Of a stretch of DNA of 64,000 nucleotides, positions 23,782 through 35,736 are shown one piece after another. Each line of letters begins with the position of its first letter. The stretch's first letter is position 1. The notes beneath the pieces were generated by a model, which was given only the letters and a program-made list of their open reading frames with translations, was not told the origin of the DNA and did not search any database. Position numbers and translations under genes: made by a program. The stretch comes from Negaprion brevirostris (Eukaryota): positions 34,098,471-34,162,470 of the forward strand of contig JARDVH010000133.1 in the NCBI GenBank assembly GCA_030324005.1, given 5' to 3'.

Positions 23782-24672
23782 NNNNNNNNNNNNNNNNNNN
23801 NNNNNNNNNNNNNNNNNNNNNNNNNNNNNNNNNNNNNNNNNNNNNNNNNNNNNNNNNNNNNNNNNNNNNNNNNNNNNNNNNNNNNNNNNNNNNNNNNNNN
23901 NNNNNNNNNNNNNNNNNNNNNNNNNNNNNNNNNNNNNNNNNNNNNNNNNNNNNNNNNNNNNNNNNNNNNNNNNNNNNNNNNNNNNNNNNNNNNNNNNNNN
24001 NNNNNNNNNNNNNNNNNNNNNNNNNNNNNNNNNNNNNNNNNNNNNNNNNNNNNNNNNNNNNNNNNNNNNNNNNNNNNNNNNNNNNNNNNNNNNNNNNNNN
24101 NNNNNNNNNNNNNNNNNNNNNNNNNNNNNNNNNNNNNNNNNNNNNNNNNNNNNNNNNNNNNNNNNNNNNNNNNNNNNNNNNNNNNNNNNNNNNNNNNNNN
24201 NNNNNNNNNNNNNNNNNNNNNNNNNNNNNNNNNNNNNNNNNNNNNNNNNNNNNNNNNNNNNNNNNNNNNNNNNNNNNNNNNNNNNNNNNNNNNNNNNNNN
24301 NNNNNNNNNNNNNNNNNNNNNNNNNNNNNNNNNNNNNNNNNNNNNNNNNNNNNNNNNNNNNNNNNNNNNNNNNNNNNNNNNNNNNNNNNNNNNNNNNNNN
24401 NNNNNNNNNNNNNNNNNNNNNNNNNNNNNNNNNNNNNNNNNNNNNNNNNNNNNNNNNNNNNNNNNNNNNNNNNNNNNNNNNNNNNNNNNNNNNNNNNNNN
24501 NNNNNNNNNNNNNNNNNNNNNNNNNNNNNNNNNNNNNNNNNNNNNNNNNNNNNNNNNNNNNNNNNNNNNNNNNNNNNNNNNNNNNNNNNNNNNNNNNNNN
24601 NNNNNNNNNNNNNNNNNNNNNNNNNNNNNNNNNNNNNNNNNNNNNNNNNNNNNNNNNNNNNNNNNNNNNNNN
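23782..24672. other. Largest assembly gap
   Basis: N-run. Other N-runs: 2411-2510, 3114-3123, 9537-9593, 20251-20260, 35451-35460, 39629-39890, 40152-40161, 40641-40650, 45427-45431, 48652-48751, 59109-59208. Many abut young CR1/SINE/PLE ends. Confidence 0.99.
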
Positions 24673-25084
24673 TAACTTAAATAGTTGGTTAATTTCTGCT
24701 TTCTAGAAAACTGACACTTAACACTGGTATAACCTGCACAAGCATCAATATTGGGAGAAGTCATCATTCACTAGGACTGGATCCGAGATCTGCTTCACAG
24801 TATATTCAGTCTGCCCTCAATGCTCATGTAATTTTCTTCATGGAATCATGAATGGGTTTTTTCAGGATTTTTTTCCTGTAAAGTTTCAATGCAGTAATTG
24901 CCAACTGTTGTACCTCAATTTCTACTTAACCATGGGATCCTTGAATGTTTAAACTTTCAAATATAACTGGTTGCCATTTCTGACCAGTATTTGTGGTAAC
25001 ATCCAAATCGAGCTTGTTGACACCTGCAAACTGCTGCTGTCCACATTATATTTGACTGCTGAAAGCATGAGGGATGAAGGCACT

Positions 25085-25340
25085 GATATGAGTAATGAGA
25101 AATAGTAGCAGACTTGGTCTTTTGGCCCATCAAACCTGCTTTGCCATTCAATAAGATCATGGCTGGTGTCACTGTGGTCTAACTCTACTTTCCTGCCTGC
25201 CCCCGTAACCTTGAACTCCTTTGTCAATCAAACATCTGTCTAACTCAGCCTTGAATATATTCAAGAACCCAGCCTCCACTGCTATCTGTGGAAGAAAACT
25301 TATAAAACTAATGACTGCTGAGGGAAGAAATTTTTCCTTT
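25085..25340 (-). mobile_element. CR1 3' fragment
   Basis: gccattcaataagatcatggctg tail motif. Confidence 0.7.
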
Positions 25341-26539
25341 CTGTCACAATTTTGTTGTCATTACTGTATTACTGCCTTGCAGCAATACTGCTTCTTTCTC
25401 CTGAACTTTCCAAATCCTCCCTCGTGAATCCCTAGTTATATGATTTGTCAGTGCATGGTTCAGATGAAGACTGTTCCAACGTGACTGCATCCTGTCCCCC
25501 CAGAATTCCATGACTCAAAATCCATTTCTTCCATACCAATCATTGAGTCAGTAAACAGAGGAGTTCTGTTTCTTACTCCCTCCCCCATACTGTCAATGTT
25601 GCAACCACTTTGTTAATTTGTGCTTGATGTGTACATGCTGGTAAAATAACCAGGAATGTTTGCAGCATACTTTTTCTTAAATTATTGATGGTGCCCCATT
25701 TATTCTTTCTTTCTTTATATGTTTCCCTGGATTAAAGACAGGAGGATAGTTTAAGTCCTGGTCTACGTGCTGTTCTTCATTGTACATAGACATTGGGTCA
25801 TCCTACATGTAATGTTGGTAACACCCACCTCCACTTCACCAGCATTCCCTTGGACACATGGGAACTTCTGTGCTGTCTGACATTGTTATGGATCAATCTG
25901 AATTTTCTCCAATTGAAAGTGCAGAACGCCAATGCGATTGCTTTGATCATCACTAAAAACTCAATTTCCTCGCAATTGAAACCTCATGCGGTGTTTGATC
26001 TTGGATTTCAAACTGCATATTTAATCCGCAACCAAAACTCCGCAACATCATCCACATTCATTCCAACTCAAACCCTATTCATGTTATCATGGTACTCTAA
26101 CGCCATGCCCTCCAGCATCCTGAGCTGCATCCTCCACAACTTGCTCAAAGATTCACTGCAAGCATCCTAAATCATGCAAGCCCCTTTCATTTACTTACCC
26201 CTTAATTCCCCAACTCCCTCCCATCTCACTAACGTATTGTGGTCCCTCAAAATCTAGTCCAGGTAAGGATGGCAGGTTTCCTTTCTTAAAAGGACATTAA
26301 TGAACCAGTTGCATTTTTAAACTTTGTGGTCATTTTTTTGGCAGATTACATATATTAAGAAGAAATTCTAGGTCTTTTAAAACTGGATTCAAATTCTCTA
26401 ACTGCTATTGTAAGATTATTGGCCTAAGCCTCTCAACGACTGATCTAGCAATGTAGCGGATGACTCTGCCAAAAGGCTGAATTGATAAGAAAACTGGTCT
26501 AGATCACAACTGTTTTTTCAGTGCAACTTCAGACCTGAA

Positions 26540-27125
26540 TCTCCCCACTGTGTGCAATGCACAGATCACAGTCATGAATATCATTAAAATCCTGGGGCTG
26601 GGGAGCTATTCGTGCCTGAGGCGGACAGCTCTGGAACTCTGCACATGCGCAGTGGCCCCAATCTGTCACTCTCCCCATTTGCTGACCAGCTCAATCGCTG
26701 GCAGCCTAGGACCTCCACAGGACTGCCTCTCTAGCCCCCTGCAGCCCAATGACAATTCCCTGGCCAGCCCTGGAGTGTCTGATGTCCTGCACCCTGCACC
26801 CAGTAGTGGCAATCCTCCCACCCCCTTCACCTCGGCAGACCCACCACCACCACCACCAAGAAGCAAATCCCCTGAACAAGAGGCAGACCCTCCTGGAAGA
26901 TTACCACCCACCCAACCCGCCAGGATCACTGGTCTCCCTCCAGCCCAGACTGATCCCCATATAGACTCCCCAGCCCCACCCACCATAGGCCCCATTCCCT
27001 TGGCACTGGGCATCGGCACTTTGTTAGCAAATGTAACACCGCCATTCAAGAGAGGAGGGAGAGAAAAGAGGGACCTACAGGCCAATTAGTCTGAGATCAG
27101 TCATCAGGAAAATGCTGGAATTTGC
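26540..27125. mobile_element. GC-rich non-autonomous repeat of uncertain class
   Basis: C-rich, Pro-rich spurious ORFs with gcacatgcgcag and ggcactgggc motifs; similar composition at 32470-32870. Confidence 0.35.
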
Positions 27126-27599
27126 TCGTAAGCAAGGCTTAACATTGCACTTAGATCACAATATGATCAAGGGACATGGTGTCATCATGGTAATGTAACT
27201 AGACTAGTAATCCAGAGAGTCGTGCATAGCTCTGGAAAGATGGGTTCAAATCCCAACAAGGTAGCTGGAATTTGAATTAAGAAAATAAATCTGGAATTGA
27301 ATGCTCATTTCAGTAATAGTGACCATGGCAGCCATCATTAATTGTTGTAAAAACCCATCTGGTTCACTTACGTCCTTCCTTCAGGGAAAAAAACCTGCTG
27401 TCCTTGCTTGCTCTCGCCTTCATGTGACTTCAAACTGATAACAATGTGGTTGACCTTTAACTGCCCTCTGAGATGATCTAGCAGGTTACTCAGTTGAAGG
27501 ACAATTAGGAATGGGTAACAAACACTGGACTTGCCAGCAATTCACAGCCCATGAAATAAAAAAATCTGACAAAGTCCACATAGTTTTGTGTAAGGGAAA

Positions 27600-28900
27600 T
27601 TGTATTTGACAAAACTTTAATTTTTATATGTAACTCATAGGATAGATAAAGGTGAACCAATAGATGTGAAATATTTGGATTTCCAACAGGCAAAAGGTTA
27701 GTACACAAGGCAAGGTTTCATGGAATATATCAGCATGAATAGATAATTGGTTAATGACAGGAAACAAAAGATTGGGATTTTCAATTTGGCAGCTAATGGA
27801 GCGCTGCAAGGATCATTACTAAGGCCTTCACTATTTGTAATCTAGATTAATGACTTGAATGAAAAGATAAAGGTTTGCTGACGATCCAGGGATGTGAATG
27901 CAAGCTGTTAGGAGGACACAAAGAGGCTACAAAGAGATATAGACAAGTTAATTAAGAGAGTAACAGAGTGCAGACAAAGTATAATTTGGGTAGAGAGGTT
28001 ATTCAGTTTGGTAGTACGAATAGAAAAGCAGAATATTTTTTATAAAGTATGAAATTTGTAAATGTTGATGTTCAAAGACACTAGGAACACAAAAAAAATC
28101 AGCATGCAGATGTAGCAAGCAATGAGGAAGGCAAATTGCATGTTGGCATTTACTACAAGGGGATTGGTGTGCAAGAATAAGGAAGTCTTGTTACAATTGT
28201 ACAATGCTTGAGACCACGCCTGAAGTACTATGTGCTGTTTTGGCTTTCCTCTCTAAGGAAGGATGTAGTTGCTTTGGAGACAATGCAGCAAAGGTTTGTT
28301 AAATGGGTTGTTAGGAGAAATAGTTTGTCCAGTGATAATAGGCTGAGGAAATTAGGTCTATATTTTTAGGAGTTTAGAAGAATGAAAGGTTATCTCATTG
28401 AAACATGCAAAATTTTGAAGGGGTTTGATATGGTAGACACCAAAGGAGGGAATTTACAGACACACCCATCCTGAAACCGTAAAATCCCACCCAAGGGCAA
28501 CCGACCTTTTCATGGTCCACCTCTCGCCCACTCTGATTCCTGTGGCGGGCAGGGTGTTAAAATTCCAGTGAAAGAGTTTGTTTCCCTTGGTTGAAGAATC
28601 TGGGGCGAGGATGGAATCTCAGGATAAGGGGCTGATCATTTAGCACTGAGATGAGACATTTCTTCACTCAAAAGGGTTTGAATCTTTAGAATCATCTATA
28701 GAGTTATGGATGCTTTATCATTGAATATTTTTTAAGAGTGAAATAGATTCTTGGCCTCTGGAAATCGGGAGACTATGGGAGCGGTGGTGGGGGTGGGGGG
28801 GGGGGGTAATGGAATTGAGGTAGAAGGCCAATCATGATCACGTTGAATGGAAGAGCAGGCTTTTTGCACAATTTGATCGACTTCTATTCCTTAAGTTCTT
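27600..28900 (+). mobile_element. Decayed CR1 LINE (RT to tail) with nested MITE-like insert
   Basis: Remnants of YLDFQ, FADD and LGLY..EFRRM.G.LIE motifs. Confidence 0.8.
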
Positions 28901-29585
28901 AAAATTCTTACTGATCATAACTTTTTTCATTGCCACCTTAGAATTTCTTCCAGTCATCTGATTCTCTGACTGAGCACTGCCATTGCTCATTTAAGGCCTA
29001 CTCTCTAGAGTTCCTTTCATAATCATGTCTACTTTTAAAACCTCTAAGGGCTCACCTGTTAAGCCAAATCTTTCATCCTCTTTCTGAAGTTCCCTTCCCA
29101 AAGTGAATGAGCACCTGCTTGTATTTGACCTTGAAGCAACGTGAGCCATTTTGCCATTTTTTTGTCATGGTGCTTTATAGTTGGCAATTGCTACAATGCG
29201 GCAGCTAGGGTGTTGTGCCTTCTGAAGGAGTAAGAGGCTGCAGTATTCTCAAGTTTGTTGCAATATTTTTTTTCTGCCTTGGAAAATAAATGTAGCTCCA
29301 GACAAGGTGCTTGTTCACAATAATTGAACCCAAAATATGCTCACAGCAGTTGTATAAATGACAATGTAAAAGCTATAGCTCTTTGTGTTGAGTCACACAC
29401 CTGATGCACAGGATTAATATAAAAGCTGATGGCAGACAAATATTTGTTTCATAGCAGCAGCTGTACAGAGACAGGTGATGGGATGATTATATTTGTGGAA
29501 AGGGTGCTTCACAGTGTGGTTTTAAGAGGACTGCAAATCTAAATCTTGCCATTAGGCCTTTTCATCATATTTGTGTCTTATGTAG

Positions 29586-29693
29586 TCTATTTCAGCACAA
29601 GATGAGAAGTTATCAAAGACAATGTTCCTCCCCTTAGCACAGCGAATGGTGGAAAAGATGGTGAAAGAAGACAAGATTGAGGCAGAAGCTGAA
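29586..29693 (+). CDS. NAA25: NAA25 coding exon 6
   Basis: SISAQDEKLSKTMFLPLAQRMVEKMVKEDKIEAEAE; tAG acceptor, gtaaga donor. Confidence 0.95.
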
Positions 29694-30339
29694 GTAAGAA
29701 AGTGGAAATAACGCAAGTCTTAACATGTGCCTTTGCCAGTCACAACATTATGACAAAAATGGTATTTTTGTCTATGTTGTGTGTTTTGTCTCTTGTCGCA
29801 CCTGCATAATGATCAGGAATTAGTATGTTGGCTAATTAACTTCCTCCTACTCTCCCGAGCTTTATTGTTTTGTTGTGGCAGATGAGCACCAGCTAAACAA
29901 GAAAGAAACCTATTACTAAGTTCAGTAATTTTTCTTAGTAATTTGTTATAATTTGGCATAACTTTTCCCACATATTCAGTCTTCACTTTCCTGTTGCTGA
30001 GAGGACATGTGGATGGCGTGTTCCCAGACTGGAGGCAATTTCTTTTGTAGCCATACATTTCAAGAAAGACGACATAACAACTGTCTTCTCTTCTCCCACA
30101 GTCCTATCGCTTTATCCAATTCAGTGCTCAGAATATGACTTAACCTGGGTTCACGGTCCACTCTTTGATAAAGTTTGGAAAGGGGTTCTATCTTAAGATC
30201 ACACCTCTTCAAACTGGTTTTAAGCTGAATGAGACCATAGTAATTATGAAAAAATTTGAAATTTGATACCTCAATGTGTCCTTAGTCTCTGAATACATGT
30301 GATTTCCATCTGTTTCACAATTTTTGTTTTTGGTAATAG

Positions 30340-30418
30340 GTGCAACTCTACTTGATGATTTTGGAACGACTTGGAAAAGACCAGGAAGCTCTGGAAGTTA
30401 TCAGAGGAAAACTGGGAG
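30340..30418 (+). CDS. NAA25: NAA25 coding exon 7
   Basis: VQLYLMILERLGKDQEALEVIRGKLG; AG/GT boundaries. Confidence 0.95.
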
Positions 30419-30897
30419 GTAACGCAGGAACTAGCTTATTGAAAGATTTTTGTGGAAAGGACTGTACCATATGATTTTTTTTTCTTTTTGCCCTGTTCTT
30501 CTCCTGAGAATGTGGTTCTACAAGCATGGGCAGCCCTCCAGTTGTCTGCCCAGATGCCTATTCATGTGAATTTGGAAAGTAAGAGTATGCAAATCAAACC
30601 TATCTCAAGCCAATCCAGATGCTTCCTAAACACACAATTACTTGCAAAGATCAATGGATAGCTTTTTTTTTTCCAAATTCATTCATGGAATTTGTATGTT
30701 GCCGGCTGGGCATATTTTTTGCTTTTGCCCACTGAGTAGTTTGCTAGGTCATTTTAGAGGGTATTTATGAGCCTAACTACATTGCTGTGTGTCTGGAATT
30801 ACTTGGAGGCTAGACCAGGTCAGGATGGCGGATTTCCTTTCCAAAAGAACGTTAGTAACTAGATGGGCTTTTCTGACAATCTGTCATGGTTTCATTG

Positions 30898-31632
30898 TGT
30901 GCTGATAGAAGTTGCCAAAGAAAAATGTATTTTTTTATGTTTCTGGAGAATATTTAAAATTTCAACTTTATTCAACTTTATTTAAATATCAGTTGGTGTG
31001 TCTGGAAAACACTTAGCACAAGGGGTGTAAAAGCAAGTTAATTATTCATTTCAGCGAGGAATTTGTTTCTTTGATAGAGTCTTTTGTTTATTACAAGATT
31101 CATTGGGAAGTTGATGACAAGGTCATGTGATACTGTGGTTAATGTACAAAGCTGAGTCTGTAGCAGAAAGAAAGAAAGAAGCTAAGCAGTTGCTGTTGGG
31201 AGGTCAAGTCAAGGGCATGCGCAGGCTGTTCCTGAGAACGTGCGCGCTCTGCGCTCTCTCCACAAAATCTCTCTGAAAACCTCAAGACTGTTAACACAAT
31301 TTATAACAAGTACGCTTGGACTTGCTAACCATATTAAAAATGGTGTTGATCTATGCATGAATGGGCTCCTTTGGAACTGGAACATTGATACTTTAGAAAT
31401 TAAAGTTGTTTCCTTTAATTTTTAAGCGTTGTTCAGCTGTTAATGGTTAAGCTGTTTCATTTGTTAGTTATATTTAAACTGTTCTGAATTAAGCTTTTGA
31501 TTTTAAAATTCTTGTTAGTAGAATTACTCCTGGAGTCAAGGAACCTCTCCTCTTTTTTTTTGCCAAAGAACAAAATTTGGGGTCTAGTCTGGCTCTCCAG
31601 TATAACGTGGGTTCTGGTGCGGTGCCCTGACA
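30898..31632 (+). mobile_element. Probable solo LTR inserted into a SINE
   Basis: TG...CA-bounded segment of about 735 bp that splits the SINE at ggtttcat|...|agtcatcactagg. Confidence 0.5.
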
Positions 31633-31789
31633 GTAGTCATCACTAGGCTTCTAAGTCCAGATTTTTAATGAATTCATATTTCACCATCTGCCAAAGTGGG
31701 ATTTGAACCTAAGAATGTCCAAACAGGCAGACACACTAGGTTGTGTTTGAGTAAAACAACATACATGGAAATTCTGTTTTTCTTCTCAG

Positions 31790-31901
31790 AAAAGCTGACC
31801 AGTGAGCTGCAGAGTCGAGAGATGAAATGTATGGTGCTCTACACAAAGCTGATAAAATGGCCTGAATGCAACGCGTTATCAAGGAAACTTTTACTGAACA
31901 A
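31790..31901 (+). CDS. NAA25: NAA25 coding exon 8
   Basis: (E)KLTSELQSREMKCMVLYTKLIKWPECNALSRKLLLN; donor AA|gtgagc, phase 2. Confidence 0.94.
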
Positions 31902-33168
31902 GTGAGCAATCCCACACTTAACAATATTCTCAGAGGGCACATTTATATGCTTTTCCATTCTATTGATAACAATACTGTCTTGCCATTATGTAGTCAGAAG
32001 TTGGGCCTATCCTACTAAAGGGTAACTGGGCTTCAAGGTGAAGAGTTAGCAGTTCTTATTCCCACACACCAGCCTCTGAATGCAGAATTTTTCTTCTCCA
32101 GTTCCTGTTCGTACTTTGTCTGACTTCCCTCAATTTCTTCAGAGGAAGTCGTTCCGTGGACTGCCATAAATTGTAGTCTTCATTTGTGATCCATGATGGT
32201 GATTGCAGACAGGCTAACTGTGGTGCACCACAGTTGAGGCTGATTGGTGTCCACACATCTATGCTAGTGGGGCTTGCTGTTTGAGATTAAAGTTTGGCCA
32301 TGGTGCCACCTTTTCTTTGCCTGTTCAGAAGCTATGGCCAATTGTAGTTACCCCACTGCAACTAAGATTGGCAATGACAACTCTGGCCGTTTGAAGCTCA
32401 CAAATAGAAATTTTAAACCTTGGTTTTACAATAGAAAAATTTAAGTTGTATTAATAGGATCAAAGGGGGCATGTGAGCAAACCCCCTTTAGCACTGCCCA
32501 GTGCCAGTTTGCCACTTGGGCAGCCACTCCAGGATGGCATTGCTGAAGCCCCCCCCACCAAGAGGGAACCATTCCTAGTGGTGGGGGGATGCTAGCAGGC
32601 CCAGAGAATACTGTCCCAGGCCCATGAACCATAAGGAAATGTCAATTTCCATGACATTTCCATATGATCGTCTCTGTACTGATTTCTGATGTGGAACTTA
32701 TGTGGCTGAAAAACTTGGGAGAGACAATGTCGTGTCATATAAGCAATACACATCATTTTTGAACTTAAATTTATGATTACATTTGTGTTAATTAACAAAT
32801 CACAACTGGGTAGAGGGAATCCATCAATTGCAAAATTGTCATTTCCGGCTAGCCTCTTCCAACTCATGAAGCATGAAGGAATGTGTTTTCAATTCAAATC
32901 ATACCCACGGATGGAATAGTATAAGCATGAGAGGACACTTAACCAGGAATTTATTTAGTGCAGCAAAAGCAGAAAATGTTGGAAATATACAGCAGGTTCA
33001 TCAAGATCTCCCAGGTGCTGCCTGAACAGCTGTGCATTTTAACATTTTCTGTTTTCATTTCAGGTTCCCAGCATTCATGTTGTTTCTAAATATATACAGT
33101 TAGTGATGCTGTTTTATAGGGAAAGGAGTGTTAGCCTTGTAATGAGCAACGTTGCTGTTTTCTTCTAG

Positions 33169-33258
33169 CCCAGACGACTGGCAGTTTTACTTATCCTACT
33201 TTGATTCTCTCTTCCATCTGATTGACGATGCTTGGACTCCACCTGCAGAGGCAGAGCA
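33169..33258 (+). CDS. NAA25: NAA25 coding exon 9
   Basis: (N)PDDWQFYLSYFDSLFHLIDDAWTPPAEAE; ctAG acceptor, gtaagt donor. Confidence 0.95.
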
Positions 33259-34087
33259 GTAAGTGGTGTGGATTTTCTTTTAAAATTGCCTTTCTGTAAA
33301 ATGAACTAAAATTGCTGTGCTTTCCACTTATACAAGCTCCATAGAATTGAATCTGAACACCTACCTTCTGAAGCAAGAGGAAAATAAGTATTTAAGCTTT
33401 GCAGTGTACTTACTTGGAATGCAGTAAAAGATTATTCATGGATTTATATTTTGAAACTGGTTGTATAAAATAATTTTGAACCTTCATTATAAGAGAGATT
33501 TATTTTACCTCTTAACTGATGAGCATTTACTTCTTTTTGCTTCTCTTTTAAGTTTTCAATCCCTTCTCGACACAATGGCAGGTCTGTTACTCTCTAGCTT
33601 AGGGGCATGGTTGGTCACTGTTACCATGACTTCTGTCACAGCTACTCGAGCAAAAATGCTGCTCTGGGGCAGAGTGCATGCTCGACCATCCAGTTGGTAT
33701 TTCTATCCAGATTTGACAATTTCCAGCTGGGATATATGTCAACACACTTATCTTTAGCAGTCAATGTGATCTATCTTTTGAATGCTTCTGTTGAGTCAAA
33801 ATCCACTTTGCAACATATTGCGCTCTCTGTATGCTTGTCATAATGACAAAAGTTCCTGAATGGCCCATTAGAAATATCAGAATTTTGCACTGTGTCCTGT
33901 TCTGCATAAATTTTAAAAGTTTCTTTGTGTCTTCTGCTGCTGGTTTGATATCAAGTCTTCTATCCTGTTTTCTATTGAGCGTTGTCAAATCTGCTCCCAA
34001 TATGATGGTCGGATACGTCAAATGCAAGCCCTAGTTAGATTTTTTTCTGCTGTGCCGGTAGATAACTGTGTTATTTGTTTTTCATAG

Positions 34088-34260
34088 CTGTCCAGAGGGT
34101 CCAGTTACCTGCCTTGTACAAGAAGCCATAAATTTTGTAGAAGAGCGAATTTTGAATGAGGAACCAAAGGGCTCTCGTCGCCTGAGGGGACCATACCTGG
34201 CTAAACTTGAATTGATAAGACGGCTGAGAGAGAGAGGTACCAATGATGAACACAAACTTG
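34088..34260 (+). CDS. NAA25: NAA25 coding exon 10
   Basis: (H)CPEGPVTCLVQEAINFVEERILNEEPKGSRRLRGPYLAKLELIRRLRERGTNDEHKL; donor G|gtgagt. Confidence 0.94.
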
Positions 34261-34624
34261 GTGAGTGATTATTAGTTTACTGGATGAAAACTTAGTCCGT
34301 TATCAGCATATCAACTTAAAATTATCATAGAGTAAAAAGAGATTTTGAGAGAAATTTCAAGCGTAGAATACCCTATCCACAGGGAATGATTGAGGTTCTG
34401 CACCTCTTTGCAATCTTTTAATCCTTGTTGGAAATTGCACATGTTGACATCCATTGAGGAGAGGTTTGAGTTTATTTGTGATGCCCTCCAAGATCAAATA
34501 GCTTGTTGACACTCAGTATTCATGTTTTGAGGCTCTAAAGATAGTTTAGGTACAAGAAGCTTTTTAGTTGAGCAAAATAGTGTATTGGAGCATGGTTCAC
34601 AGTTCTTGGAGAGAAAAAGAAAGA

Positions 34625-34900
34625 AATCCCATTCACAGCGCCTTACGTGATCCCAGGACATTCCAAAGTATTCCATGTTTTTTTGAATTATAATCAGTGT
34701 TTCAATGTAGGTAAACATGGCAGGCAATTTGCATACAATAAAGTTCCACAAGTAGCCATGAGACAAATTGCCATGTGATGTTGGCTAGGACACCATGTGA
34801 ACTCTTGTTACTGAGTTTAACATCTCCAAAGATGGCACATTTGACAAGAGGTATTCTCTCAGTACTATACCCATAAACCTTGATTAGGGCCGAAAGGCAC
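34625..34900 (-). mobile_element. DeuSINE-like fragment
   Basis: Reverse-complement similarity to 60340-60715 (ctcagtact, aaagatggcac, caatttgcatac). Confidence 0.6.
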
Positions 34901-35623
34901 AAAACTAATGTCCAAGGAAAGTAAGTTTAAAAATAAATGGACAGAGTCCCTCCTCCTTAAAGACTATATTGATTGTGGAATTATCGCATTCTTATTTTGC
35001 TGCCATGTTGTGTCAGCAAGTTTACCCAGTGACTTATTGATCTAATAAAATCAAGGGCTTGACTCCAAATCTATGCTGAGTTAGTTGATTACAGTGGAAT
35101 GACATTTGTCCTTCTTTGATCAAGGCAGATAATTAAACTTTCTTCCATTTCACTAGAAATAGACGAGACATTTGTCAAGTGCATGGTGTGGTTCTTTCCA
35201 TGAAATTTCTCCGCATCCTCCATTTGAACAATAGTTTCTAAACTAAAAGCGCTCTTTCTATTCCTCAGATGAAATATGTGCCCATCAAGTTGAGATTCTC
35301 AGTTCTTCACATGTTCCCCAGTTCCTCTTAGAAAGTGTTTCCATGAGCAAGCAGGTTGAGGCCTTAGTTTGTTGCATCATTGGTATTTCCTAAATAATGC
35401 AACAGTCATGCATTGGAGCATTAGTCTTGAACATATGCTTAAGTCCTGTANNNNNNNNNNGAACTTACATCCTTCAGACTGAGGAAAGTGAGCCATGTTG
35501 TTTAAAATTGTGCAAATTGAAAGATTTCACCAGTTCAGAATGTTAGGCATCATCAATTTGGTATTTGCTCCCACATTAACCATTGAATGAATTTCCTTAT
35601 TCTTAATTTCTTCCTATTGCTAG

Positions 35624-35736
35624 GGGTTCCAGAGGATCTGATGTTCCAGTACTTTGAGAGGTTTGGGGATAAGCCTTGCTGTTATTCTGACCTGAGAATC
35701 TTTGTCGACCTTCTGTCACTGGAGCGACATACACAG
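35624..35736 (+). CDS. NAA25: NAA25 coding exon 11
   Basis: (G)VPEDLMFQYFERFGDKPCCYSDLRIFVDLLSLERHTQ; donor CAG|gtgaga. Confidence 0.94.

Noticed and set aside
23775-24767. 330-aa ORF, the longest in the track
   Set aside because: Almost entirely X residues across an N gap; the same applies to the ORFs spanning the other gaps.
26550-27089. Overlapping 179-aa Pro-rich and 139-aa Gly-rich ORFs
   Set aside because: Product of C-rich repeat composition; no domain, no splice context and non-ATG starts.
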